A stretch of 64,000 nt of DNA from Octopus sinensis. Taxonomy: Eukaryota. Both the position numbers and the translations under genes were made by a program. Location of the stretch: positions 44,578,001 to 44,642,000 of the forward strand of contig NC_043008.1 in assembly GCF_006345805.1 (NCBI RefSeq), given 5' to 3'. Positions 40,609 to 54,728 of the stretch are shown piece by piece. The notes beneath the pieces were generated by a model, which was not told the DNA's origin, did no database searches, and saw nothing but the letters and a program-made list of their open reading frames with translations. How positions within the stretch are numbered: position 1 is the first letter of the stretch; every line of letters begins with the position of its first letter.

Positions 40609-41134
40609 GTAAAGACCCCCTTCGGTCATGAATGACTATGGGATAACTTTATAAATAAGGATACTATCTATCTTATTTAGTGGTCAGAATGGGAATAAAT
40701 ACCATACAAAGGTAATAATTATTTAAACCATAAATTAAGAGATAACATTTAAGGTGGTTTTAGGGTCAGGGTTTTGACTGCTATTTCAGCATGGTGGTAT
40801 CCCTCAGATACTCATATATATATATACACACAAATATACAGGTAAATGTCGAACAATGTGAATGAGTGCTCAACAGCGTATTAGTTTCATTTTAAGAGAA
40901 TATCTTAATAACTTAACACATTTTCAAGCCGATCATATGGAGAATTGGTGTTTGTAGGTATGTATGTGTGTATGCATGTCTCGTAAGTAGCGACAGAAGC
41001 TACACCAAAAGGCAATCTTAATATCCAACTTAACGTGGATGGTGTCTTAGAACTTTGAAATATTTTCTCATCTACGCTTCGAGCATAAAACCAACTATAT
41101 TAATTTATTATATTTTCTAATATATCTTATGATG

Positions 41135-41445
41135 TTACTTGACTGCCGCCATGCTGGAGCACTGTCTGCAATCGAGCAAATCAACACCAGGACTTCTTTG
41201 TGAGCCTAGTACTTATTCTATCGGTCTCTTTTGCCGAACCACGCCACTAAGTTGCGGACACGTAAACACACAAACGTCGATGATAGTGTGACAAACACAG
41301 ACACACAAATGCATACCTACATACATACATACATACATACATACATGCATACATACATACATACATACATACATACATACATACATACATACATACATGC
41401 ATACATACATACATACATACATACATACATACATACATACATACA

Positions 41446-41481
<36 letters not shown>

Positions 41482-41666
41482 TACATGCATGTATTCACTC
41501 TGTCCGGCATTCGCCACGATACATCGCTAGCCACTAAACCTTTTTTTCTATTTTCTCTGCCTGTTTATTCCTGTGTTCCTCTCCATCAAAAAGCGTAGGT
41601 TTGAAATGTAAAAGACTTTCTCACTTTCCGAACGTTAAACTAATACACCCGTTTGCTGTTTACACA

Positions 41667-41737
<71 letters not shown>

Positions 41738-41814
41738 CATATATATATATATAAACAATTTATAAGTAAGGGCAAAAGAAAACATTTCTAATGCTAAATA
41801 TGCCGAAAATAGAC

Positions 41815-41850
<36 letters not shown>

Positions 41851-41950
41851 GATACGAAGGGCTTCTTCCAGTTTCCATCTATGAACCACGCAGTGGGGCT
41901 GAACTCGGAACAATGTGGTTCAGAGCAAGCTCCTTTTATAACACAGCCAT
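41135..41950 (-). mobile_element. SINE family C pieces (3' part 41135-41305, head 41845-41950) separated by microsatellites and another repeat
   Basis: Both pieces match 23053-23470. The intervening 41560-41670 is related to the reverse complement of 56810-56950 and to 61820-61880. Confidence 0.7.
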
Positions 41951-42084
41951 TTCTGTATATGAATATATACATAAATGTCAAATATAGGAGTGAGCTGAAA
42001 TTTTCATAGGCTATCTACAGTCGTGGCCTAAAATTTGAAACATTTTTCTAAAATTAAAATTGTTATGGCCAAGTCCAATTCGAT

Positions 42085-42201
42085 TAAAATGTATGAAAAG
42101 CAAAGTCGATCTCGGCGGTATTTGAACCGAGAAGTTTAAGACGGACGAACTGCTGCTATTTTTTTTTCCCGGCGTGTTAACGATTCTGCCACCGCCCGCC
42201 T
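42085..42201 (-). mobile_element. Degenerate SINE family A head
   Basis: Contains caaagtcgatctcggcggtatttgaac..cccggcgtgttaacgattctgcca. Confidence 0.75.
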
Positions 42202-42985
42202 CGTTAATTAGAAGAATATTAATCACGAAACAAGTGTAATGGTGACATTTCACATAGTTGGCAACGAATGTGAATGCATTCGTCTGCGTGTGAGTAAATG
42301 TTCATTGAAAAACGTTGATGGAAATTCCGTCTGATATATCTTCCAGTCTCTATATCTGCTCCACATCTTATTTTCAATTGTCATCCTACTTGCTGTCAAT
42401 CATTTTTTTTCAAAGACAGAATGATTGCCGGGTAATATTTCTGCTTTAAGTATTTTCTGTGTCCTTTGTATAACATAAACTGTCTTTATATACCAAACAT
42501 AACAAGCGAACTAAACAAAACAGATTCGTTAAAGGGTCTCGATTCTTTTATATTTCATGTGTATGATTCTTAAAACTTTTTTTTCATGTACAATGTTATT
42601 CTTAGTTGATGTCATTTTTGTGTTAAGACTTCGATATTTTATGTTTGATTGAATGAATAATGGTCTTGTTATTTGCCTAAGACAATCTAAACAAGTATTT
42701 GAATGTATATGTTGACATTTATAGAAATACTTAACGTAATACTCAAATGAATAAAATAAAAATGAAAGTACGTACATATTAGAAAGATGTAGCAAAAAAG
42801 TTACAAGCGTATATGTATATCTCTGTAAGAGTGTATACGGATGTATACGTATATATATATATATATATAATATGTGGTGTGTGTGTGTGGTGTGTGTGTG
42901 CACATATATAAATATATATGATATAATATATATAAATAGATGAGTGTATTTTACCTTGTAACAATTAACATTATATATATTCATA

Positions 42986-43026
<41 letters not shown>

Positions 43027-43048
43027 TTAATATATATATATATATATA

Positions 43049-43175
<127 letters not shown>

Positions 43176-43266
43176 GGAAAATAAATAACAGGGAGATAGA
43201 TGGATATATATAAACAGATGGTCTGAGAATCGAAACCGCGATCCTACACCCGCGTGTCTACTGCCC

Positions 43267-43843
<577 letters not shown>

Positions 43844-45029
43844 ACATATATCATACCACAGGTTGCATAAGTGAAGCTGTTATTTATTTTCTTATTTTTA
43901 TAACCTGTAGACACTTATTTCTGAAAGATTTGGTTACTATTTTGAACATGTCAATCGACCAACTAGATCTTTCTTTCATATTCTTGTTGCTGGTGAGTAA
44001 AATTTCTCGGAGCACCAGGTCGGATGGACAACTTATGAAAAGTCATGTGTGTTTCTTTTCATATTGTTTTGTTGTCAAGAATAGACCAACATCTCATGAT
44101 TGTCATTTAGAATCGTTTAATCACAGTAATCTCTTTAACATGCAGTCAATAAGAGATTTAGTAACGTCGACCAAGTGAAAGAAATAATGGAAAAAAAATA
44201 CAAATGTAATATAGAAAAAATAATAAAGAAAAAGTAAATATATCTGGTGTAGGGAAAAAGAACAACTAAAATAGAACTGTGTGTGACATTCGTTACTAAA
44301 CTGGCAAATCATTCGTTACAGTTTGAGTTATTTTCGAAAGATAAATTACTGGTTCTCCGACTAATCACTCTGTCTATGAGTTTATGAAGTTATAATTAAG
44401 TTAAATTCCAGGAGCTGGCTCTTTAGAAGCTGTCGATCTGCTATGCGAATTTTACAACCTTTTATAAAAGTTATTTTAACGTGATTTCTATACAGAAGCG
44501 AGACATAATGTAATTGCGATCCTCTAATTCGGATATTCTTGATCTTTGTGAACCTCTTACGTTTAGAATCAATTTTAGTCTATTTATCTCGTGTACGATC
44601 TCAAGTTGAATGTGTAGCGATGAAGAGGTTTCTTTCACTTATACGACGTGAATAGGTATTTTAAAGCAGCTTTGTATAGTTCTACGAAGTATACGTTCGC
44701 ATTCACGATCCGTACTCCACAGTTTTAAAGAAATACTTTAACGATACAATCGTAACTATATCTAAATGTCTAAATAAACTATAGCATCTTGAGCTAACGA
44801 GGTATATTCACTGTGGTTAATCGATATATTAGACGCAAGAGATAAATCTTTTATTTCAAATTCAAAGAGGCCTCTGTGTCCCAAGCTATCGTAGGACATT
44901 GAACCGCAGATATCTGGTTCTTTATTGCATGGGAATAAAAATTAATAAACGGCGTGTTCAATTAATACTGTGGTTTTGCCACAACTACAAGAGTAGAATA
45001 TAAGCAGCAGTAGCAGCAGTGGCGGCAAG

Positions 45030-45410
45030 TGGAGGCGCAATGGCCCAATGGTTAGGGCAGCGGACTCGTGGTGGGAGGATCGCGGTTTCGATTCCCAGAC
45101 CGGGCGTTGTGTGTGTTTATTGAGTTAAAACACCTAAAGCTCCACGAGGCTCCGGCAGGGGGTGGTGGCGACCCCTGTTTTACTCTTTGGCCCCAACTTT
45201 CTCTCACTCTTTCTTCCTGTTTCTTGTCCCCGACTTCCTACGCAACCACTGAACCTGGATGCGCATTCATCCATCCGTCGATGCTCTCGGTGTCGAGGGT
45301 TCACATGCTTTATCTTCTGCGGGTCTTACGAATAGCAAAGGACCACGTTTCGGACTTCTCCCATCTTGGCAGCTCTGGGACGAAGACCGTTCGCTCAACA
45401 GCAACAGCAG
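45030..45410 (+). mobile_element. tRNA-derived SINE family B head with alternative 3' half and (CAA/CAG) tail
   Basis: The first ~190 nt match the copy at 21311; the rest diverges. Confidence 0.85.
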
Positions 45411-46347
45411 TAGCAGCAAGACGGAAATGAAGAAAAGCCTTTGCGTCGTCTCTCTGTCCGGATGTCTTATTGTCCGGTATTGCATTTTTGCTCCATTTAT
45501 CTATATGTGTGTGGGGGTATATATATATATACATAAATGCATGCATGCACATACGCACATGCATACATACATATATACATTTATTTTTATACACACTTTA
45601 ACTAAAGCTTTCAGCAAGTGAAATATTTTCCGAATACATTTACTAAATGCTATGGGAATGCATGTCCATTTCCCTCTCTCTTCTTCCAGCGAATCTTTTC
45701 TCGTTTTATTAAGGATCCAAATAGCTGACTACATTCAGGTCAACAAGTTATGAACTAAGACTGTAAACTTTGTCAGCTCTGCTACATTTTCTTGTTAAGC
45801 AAATTACTCTCTACTTATGAATATGGCACATATCTACTTGAAATGCTCTATGCTATATTGCTAACAGCATAAAACGTATTCAAATAAAACAGCAGGTTTA
45901 TATCACTTGGGTAACTGTTTTTCTTTATACAATATGCATATATAACTAACATCGTAAACGTAGATAACTATACGTGTGATCATGCCTGTGAGGTGGGTGT
46001 TTGTGTGTCGTGAATTTCAGTAAAATAATGTGTCGCCCCTAAATTCCATGTGTACGGTCTTTCGTAGTTTAACACCCAAATACGTACACATGTATCAATA
46101 TCCATCTATCCCCTGCACACACGCTCACACACACGCACAACAGCGACATTCGTCAATTTCTTGAAAATGGGGTCATAGCCCCGAAATATTAAATACAAGG
46201 TAAATCTGCATTAATTCACATATTTGCTTTGTGATTTACCCTGCTGGCCTTACCCACGATCTTTTATACAATATATATATATATATAATATATATATATA
46301 TACATTATATAAAAGGGCTTAGTAAAATAAATTACTTATTTTGAGAG

Positions 46348-46385
<38 letters not shown>

Positions 46386-47892
46386 TATACTCTCAAAATA
46401 AGCAACAAGTATATCCTTGTTGCTTATTCTGATTATAATCACCCCATATGATTTATATGGATAATACCATACCAAATTCTGGTGCCTTTAACTTAAGTAT
46501 CATATTCATCTGAATCTAAATTTTTGCTGAACTTATGTGTTATATATATATATATATATATATATACGATGTTGATTAGCAAAACCGATGGCTAAAATGT
46601 GAAATACATTTATGAATTATCTCCTTATTCTATCCAGCTTTAGCTAAACTTAACGTTATGCTCAGACATTTCTATGAATTGTCCTCGTTGTTACTTATAT
46701 AAGTACGCATCTCCATGTTGAACATGAGTCTTCAATAAACCTTTTCCAACCTTCTCGATTTTGTGCCGTTGGTTTAGAATTATCATCGTCGCTCTTGTAA
46801 CAGTGCATCTATTTGGCTTTACACAAAGCGAATTTTACCTTTGTGCAGCGGTGGTCCCTTTTAGTCTGGGTTCAATCCTTTGACATGTCAAGCTTGAAGA
46901 GACCTACCAGTAGCTTTCGCTCTTTTTGAACGGCTTCCAGCTTCATTTAGGCAGCTTATCCAACCCAACCACAAGGAATGGACCTTATGTCTGAGTTGTA
47001 GCTTTTGATTAAGTGGTCCGAGTTTGATTGAAGAGAAATTTTATAGCTTCTAATTGTTGAAGCTACTAAGAAGAGGTCCCCACTGATTATTTCAAATAGT
47101 AATATACAATCATTATATGCCTCAATGGAAAATAATTTGTTGGCCAATACAATTGTTTGATTGATATTTCTTCTAAGTTATCGACCTTTGTCCATCGGTT
47201 TTTCAACGATCTTCCGATTTCGTTGTCAAATTTGGACGATTGAAATTCAATGATAAATGTATTTTCGCCAAATCTGAATTATTCATGAACTAATATTAAA
47301 AAAAAGAAAAGACTTTATTCATGAATACGTTTGATGTTTGTTATAGATTACACCTACGAAAATAAATGAGAATGCTTAAACTGTATTAAATATCATAAAC
47401 GAGTCATTTGAACCACAACACCTCCGACACCAATGCTTGGTAAATATGTTAAATATTAGAATAACATATTTTCTGTATTTTACATTAGATCAATCTAAAT
47501 AATCATATGTTTATGAATAACCTTTAAATTTAATATTTAGCCACACATAATCAATACCTCATTTAATTCTAATTCCTACGAGAATTATACCATTTACTTT
47601 CTCTCTTGACTAGACATTACGCTTTCTGGCGCTTTTATTTCTATATTTTTATGGTTGTAACTTCATAACCTAGTTAGAAGATAAAGATTCTGGCGGAGTA
47701 CAATTTCGGAATGAGGTATTGTATTTCGATAATCTTTTACTGCTCTTATTTTGGATTCGTGCTTTTACTATTAAGATCTATAGCAGTTGTTTCTAACTCG
47801 GGGTCTACGGAACGCTGGTGGTCTGCAAAGGTAATACTGGGATTCCGTGAATGAAATTCAAATTTTCATATATATATATATATGTATGTATA

Positions 47893-47928
<36 letters not shown>

Positions 47929-47930
<2 letters not shown>

Positions 47931-48333
47931 CCCACATGGGAATAAACATACAGGAGACAAACAAGGACAGACAAAGGGATTAAGTCGATTATATCGACCG
48001 CAGTGCGTAATTGGAACATATTTAATCGACCCTGAAAGGATGAAAGGCAAAGTCGAGCTCGGCGAAATTTGAACTCAGAACGGAGCGGCAGATGAAATAC
48101 CTATTTCTTTACAACCCACAAGAGGCTAAACACAGAGAGGACAATCAAGGACGGACAAATGGATTGAGTCGATTATATCGACCTCAGTGCGCAACTGGTA
48201 TTTATTTAATCGAATCCAAAAGGATGAAAGGCAATGTCGACCTCGGCGGAATTTGAACTCAGAACGTAGCGACAGACGAAATACGGCTAACCATTTCGCC
48301 CGGCGTGCTAACGTTTCTGCCAGCTCGCCGCCT
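47929..48333 (-). mobile_element. Dimeric SINE family A
   Basis: Two cores joined by gaaatacctatttcttta, as at ~5230 and ~5612. Confidence 0.9.
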
Positions 48334-48994
48334 TATTTGTATATATTACCTGTGTCATGTAATGACCAATGATGTTCAATTTCAGGTAATTCGAACCGAT
48401 TTTAGTGGGTTTCTTTCAGAGCACGTTATACTAATGAGGACTGAAATTGATATTGTAGAAACTCTTCAGTGTTATTAGTCTATTTGGTTGTCTGGCTTAG
48501 CATAAGCTTTTTTAGTCACATCTATATAAACAATACTTTGATGTTGTACGCAGTGTTTATCGGTATCACTACTGATTTATCAGTGATTATGGATGTAAGA
48601 CACCTCCTGAGGCGAGAAACGGAAGAGACACGTCGTCGCAATGTTCTAGTATAATGAAGTCAAGTTTTTAACGTTCTCTCTTTCCCCTGCCTCTCCCCCC
48701 TTTTTTTTCCTACCATATTTAATATAAACGCACAGCAAGACAATTTCAGAACGTAGCATTCTTTTTTTGGAGTTTCCAACAATACACAGAAGTCATGCAA
48801 CACTAGTAAAAATAGTGTCACTATCTGACATTGACACGCAGCAATTAAGAGAGATGCAACAGTTTTCACCGTGTCCATGAGATGCTAAGAGAAATACTTG
48901 TCTCTCTCTCCCTTTTCACCAAGTTGCTGTTTACTCACACACAAACACACACATACACACATACCTCTCTATATATATAATCTAAAACGATAAG

Positions 48995-49268
48995 CGTCGC
49001 CCTTTTCAAGCCTAGCCAGAATCATGGGCCCGGTTTCCCGGTTTCTGTGGCGTATGTCCCCCCCCCCCCCCAGCTGGACGAGACGCCACTCCATCGCAGC
49101 CTTACTCAAGAAACAGGAAGAGAGAGTGAGAGAAAGTTGTGGAGAAAGAGTACAGCAGGGATCACCACCATCCCCTGCCGGAGCCTCGTGGAGCTTTTAT
49201 GTGTTTTCACTCAATAAAAACACACAACGCCCGGTCTGGGAATCGAAACCGCGATCCTGCGCCTCCAC
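48995..49268 (-). mobile_element. tRNA-derived SINE family B
   Basis: Reverse-complement match to 21311-21612. Confidence 0.88.
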
Positions 49269-49274
49269 ACACAC

Positions 49275-49334
<60 letters not shown>

Positions 49335-49336
<2 letters not shown>

Positions 49337-49560
49337 CTAGTATCTCTTAATTGTTTCAGTCATGACACTACGGCCATGCTGGGGCACTGCTTTGAAGAAT
49401 TTTAGTGTCAGACAAATCGACTCCAATATTTATTTTTCTAAAGTCCGGTACATATTCTGTCGGTTCTGTTTTGCCGGAGAGCTAGGTTATGGACCGTAAA
49501 AACACCAGGAAGCAGTGTTGGGCGGCAATAATTCGCATAAAGATACACAGCGACACATAC
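49335..49560 (-). mobile_element. 3' part of SINE family C (diverged)
   Basis: Contains gtttcagtcat..ggccatgctggggcac..attctgtcggt. Confidence 0.75.
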
Positions 49561-49725
49561 ACATACATATAGACATATAAAAACACAGATACACATGCAA
49601 ACACAGACACATACACACACAGACACATACACATATATACACATACACACAGACACATACACACACAGACACATACACACACAGACACACACAGTCACAC
49701 GCACACAGATATATACACACACATA

Positions 49726-50129
49726 TACGAGATGGGGTTGAAATGTTTATGGGTTGACTACCAAGGATTGATGCTAGAGCTGTGAAATCTGGTATGCATT
49801 AACTGACAGCCTTTTTATTAATAACTACATTGTTTCTTTCTAGTTCTTGGTTTTAATGGCTTCTCTACCTAACTGTGGCTTTGAACTGGTTGATCACCGC
49901 CCTTGATTTGGCCCCATCGAACTCTAACCTCGAATGACGTCACATTCGATGTTGATTACCTTCATTAACCAACAGGATGAAAGGTTCTTCAGAAATGGCA
50001 ATCAAGCACTAAATCACCGATAGAAGAAATGAGTGGAACTCGAGGGGGCCTATGTGGAAAAATAAACTTCATTCAGTCACATTCTATCAGAATATATTTG
50101 GTCAGACCATGAGCTTGTCAGCAGACCTT

Positions 50130-50132
<3 letters not shown>
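49726..50132 (+). mobile_element. Internally deleted, decayed mariner element
   Basis: Remnant peptides CGFELVDH..PDLAPS and QQDERFFRNG..VELEGAYVEK*, the typical mariner C-terminus. Degenerate TIR-like ends. Confidence 0.7.
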
Positions 50133-50176
<44 letters not shown>

Positions 50177-50446
50177 GCATATATAGATATATATATATAT
50201 ATATATATTATTATATATTATGCATGTATGCATGTATATATATATATATGTATGTATGCATATATATATATATATACATACATATATATATATATATATA
50301 CATATGTATATATATATATATTAGAATATAAGAGAGAATGGAATAAGTATATTTGGAATAATCACAAAAAAAAGTATATTAACAAATAGTATTGTATTCC
50401 CACGTAGATTATTAGAATAGGAATGTACAATATCGAACGTATAAAA

Positions 50447-50539
50447 ATGTCTTACAATCGTTTCATGATTATGTAACTTATATGAATGAAATCGAAATGA
50501 TAACCATATTGAAGCTCCATAACCATTCTTTAGAGACAT
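50447..50539 (-). ncRNA. Type I hammerhead ribozyme relic (G5A core mutation)
   Basis: Minus strand: stem I ATGTCT/AGACAT, core CTAAAGA, stem II ATGGTTATG/CATAATCAT, GAAA, short stem III AC-GATT-GT, triplet GUA. Confidence 0.65.
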
Positions 50540-50766
50540 GAAAGAAAGAAAACTGTTCATAAAAAGCGTATGTGTGTTTATTAGAATTAGTTAATCCATA
50601 GTGGTATAGATACCAGTCATAGGAATTCTGTACAAATTTCTATATAGTAATCCGAGGTTTTGATAAATTTGCATGGTAGTAATGAAGTATAATTTTTTTC
50701 GTAGTAAATGTTAACAGTAAACGTGTATGTATATATATATATATATTATATATATATATATATATA

Positions 50767-50812
<46 letters not shown>

Positions 50813-51639
50813 TAGTTGCGTTGCTAGGAATGCATTCAGGTACAAATTAGAGCTCGTTAGAGTTTCCAAATAGCCGGCAGTATTATGGTATGCTTCCCAT
50901 TCTAGGCTTAGTCATACCTGGTGTGTGAAAATAAAAAGGAAAGAGTATATAGCCAAAAAGAAGAGGGAGTACGATTGTGCATCTGTTTAATAACCACTAC
51001 ACATGTTTTAATACAACATAGAACCACATATATACGCTGGATTTAAATTTAAATTAATTAACGTTTTACGTGTATAAAAGAATCTAGTTGTATATTCTCA
51101 GGTGATACAATAATCGCTGTCTCCATAGGTAAATGTTTGATTTCGATACTATCACATCCAACTCCTTTTAGTCTCCATCTACCATACATATTCACAAGGC
51201 TTTAGCCGGCCTAAAACGAAAGTAGATGTTAAGATACTTTGAAATGCTTTAACTGAAGTAGGTTAACATAATGGAGGCTTTTTTCTATTATATATTACTC
51301 AAACCGGAAATGTACGTATTAAATATTTTCAAAATGTTTTGATATGACTTGATGCAAGTAACAATTACTGGTCCATTACTTATACGGATTTACTAAAAAC
51401 GATTTGGAAAAATTGATGAAATTTACTCGAGTCCAACATCCTAGCAATAATCACTAAAGTGTCTTAGGGTGAAAGTCAGCACCAGCATTGCAAGAAATAA
51501 GGCTCAAATCATTTCTTAGCCACGTGTAGTGCATTATCTATTTGCTGACAAGGGAGACGTCCATCCTACATCAGGCGAGAGTGCCAGATCACTTGTGATT
51601 TCGGACGGAATTAACTCTCATACGCTCATCGATGATGCT

Positions 51640-51680
<41 letters not shown>

Positions 51681-51782
51681 CTAGAATCTCTTTATTGTTT
51701 CAGTCATGACACTACGGCCATGATGGGGCACTGCTTTGAATAATTTTAGTGTCAGACAAATCGACTCCAATGCTATATATAT

Positions 51783-51836
<54 letters not shown>

Positions 51837-51837
<1 letters not shown>

Positions 51838-52230
51838 TAGCAGCTAAGCCCGGTTTCACCCGGTATATTTGGATAATGTGGTTGTGATCGTTTTCGGTTA
51901 GGTATAATCTATAACAGCGTTTGTCAACCTTATCATTTCGGGTCCCCTGTTTCGATTGGAGCCTCCAAACATATGAAAATTTCCTGACCTCAGCCCGTCG
52001 GAAAACACCTTCTAAGCCACTGGTTGTTTTAATGGCAGAAGAAAGAGGGATATTCCATTACAAAACATTTTAATCTATTTTCTCGGTAAGTATGGGGGTT
52101 AGGAAAAAATACAAACTGCATTCCTATCTACGTACATGTCTCTACATGTGTGCCATTTTTCACGCGAATCCACCCACCCGTTTGACTGTGAACCTCAAGA
52201 CAGGAAAGAATACAACAATCGCCCATGTCC

Positions 52231-52240
<10 letters not shown>
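51837..52240 (-). mobile_element. Non-autonomous Helitron
   Basis: Minus-strand 3' end ccgggtgaaaccggg-cttagctg-CTAG then T. The 5' end merges into (TA)n. Confidence 0.75.
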
Positions 52241-52270
<30 letters not shown>

Positions 52271-53589
52271 ATGTGTGTCTATATGTCTATAGAAGAGAGA
52301 GAGAGAGAGACCCATGTGAGAAAGCTAAGGACAAATTGTTTGTTAATGCTAAACGAAACTGGTGACAACTAATATATATTAGCTTACTTCATAGATTGAC
52401 CTCAATTGTTGGCATAAAATATTGATCACTTACAAAAACGAAAGAGAAATATATAAAAAAAAACTAAAAATTGTGAATATCATGAGGAACAAAGCTCAGA
52501 ATTGTGTGTTATCGTAAACTTGTCTAGGGATAGATAACTACATATATGTTATTAATATTGGATATCCATCATTATTGGCAAACCATATGGATATTTATGA
52601 TACATAAATTACAGAAGCTGTGTATGATGGTGTTTGTTTGGTTGTTTTTATGAATACATATCTTCATTTATATCAGATGTACGTTATATACTGTGTGAAA
52701 GTATGTAATTACATATTTAGTGAGAAATAAGAACAGTAATAGCAGGATTTGCAGAAATATATAAGATATGCAGTTTTTAATGAATGTCATAGTATAATAG
52801 TCTTTATAGAGTTTTAGAGAATTAGGAACTTCATGACTGATAATTTTCCAAGTAAGTCTTTAGTCAAAACTCACCATTGAAAAGCATTATTCGTGAATGA
52901 AGGCATAAGTTTCACTATCTTTCACTTCATTTTCTCGTCCAAACATGGAAAACTCATTTAGTCTCCTTGTTTCTGAAATCGCACATGCAGATATATTTGG
53001 TGAGCAGGAATACGAAATAGTAGTGTGGGTATGTGTGTAAGAGAAAGAGATGTGTGCATATGTGTGTCCGCGTATGTGTGCGTATGTGTGTGTGTTTGTG
53101 TGTGTGTAGATACACAGACACGTACACGTTGAGAGAAATCAAAGAACCAGCACGAATTTCCTCTGGGAGTAGGACTCTTTCGAGCAATGCAGAGGGACAT
53201 AGCAGTACACGAAAGAGCGTGATCAGCCGGATAACAAGCGAAGTGGAACAAAACAAGTGATGTTAATGTACTTTATAACACGTTATGTGATAATCGAATC
53301 ACTCATAAAGTAATCCTTTCATCTCCGATGTATCCAAATCCTTTTGTAGTTCATTATTGGTAGAAATTGTTGCTGATTGCAAGGTCAAATTCTCGGAAAA
53401 GGAAAAAAATACGTAGACCTTTTATATTGGTTAACGCCGTTCCTCACAGATCGAAAATATCAAAATATGCTTGATGGTCAGCACCGACTTGGAGTTTGAT
53501 GTCTCCAATTAAAACAGCTTTGTTTCAATGCTGGATCATCATGATGCCGGTACAAAGTTGCTCATAAAAATTATCATCCTAGTGTTCTG

Positions 53590-53779
53590 GGTAGGCATTT
53601 AGAATGTTAGAACTCAGGAGTGTGGCAGAAGAATTTTTCTCCAACTCAAGAAAAATCGTCATAAACTGATCTTTGATTCCAGAAGGAGAGGTAAAGACTT
53701 TCACGTAGCAACGTCAACACGTGATACACATAGGTCTTCTACACATCATCCAGCCCCAACAAACTATTTTCTCCATTTT
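53590..53779 (+). repeat. 190-bp segment duplicated almost identically at 57392-57582
   Basis: Direct comparison shows differences only around the T-run (gaatttttctcc vs gaattttttgtcc). Confidence 0.95.
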
Positions 53780-54728
53780 TTTCCAGCTGAGAAATAACTG
53801 CAAGATGAACTCCATTGAGGGAAGAAATCTTATAGTTATGTACAGCTTGGGTTACTCCTACCTCAGTTCTGGTGTGAACCCTTAGTCCTGGGGGTGTACG
53901 GACATTTCATAAACGAAGGCTTAAATTCTTGTTGCATTTTATCTGCATTTTTGGCTGCGATACTCAAACACTATAGAATTGACAGCGGCCTGGCAATTTA
54001 GAGATATGGGTAAACAATGTTTAAGACTGTTTATACCAATGTAAGAAGACAGACAAAGGTCGAATTTTATTGAATAGTAGAAATCGCTCACAGCAACTAA
54101 GGTTATGATAGTGTTAACTTCAACAAATACACAGTCATTACATTCTGTTAAAATATCTTTATTACCGTCTTTGCTTTCTTTCTTTCTCTGGTGAGAATAT
54201 TGCATCGTTTCCGTTTTACATCATTTTATTCCTTCTGGAATATTACGAGTGTTGTCTTCGAAACATATGTCAGACGTAAAAGCATTTGCATAACACCTGC
54301 GTTTAACTCTATTTGTATACCTCTGGTATATATATATTATATATAATATATATATATATAATATATATATATTATTGATAAAACGGTAAGATAACAAAAG
54401 AAAGAAAGAGACCTCAATATTATGTAAATAGAGGAAATTTATCTATACAATATGTTACATTACTCGGTAGTCAAGATAAAACTCTGAGTTTCAGATGCCG
54501 AAGTGGAAATCCACAACACCATCTCTTCGGTTATCTGGCTATTGAAAACGTTATGAAAAAATACCGTTAAAAATGAAGGGAAATTACTCGTTATAACTCT
54601 GCTTTGCCTGCGTACTTATACATCGCTCGCATTTTTCGTCATAAAAATTATATAAAAATACATAAAAATATATAAAAATATATAAAAATATATAAAATCT
54701 TCTTGAGACATAACACAGAAAGCATGTT

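Noticed and set aside
46700-46960. Possible RTE LINE remnant (minus-strand TAQNREGWKRFIEDSC)
   Set aside because: A single short motif is insufficient support.
53350-53480. WLTPFLTDRKYQNMLDG, resembling a LINE RT segment
   Set aside because: Too short and degenerate to call without a profile search.
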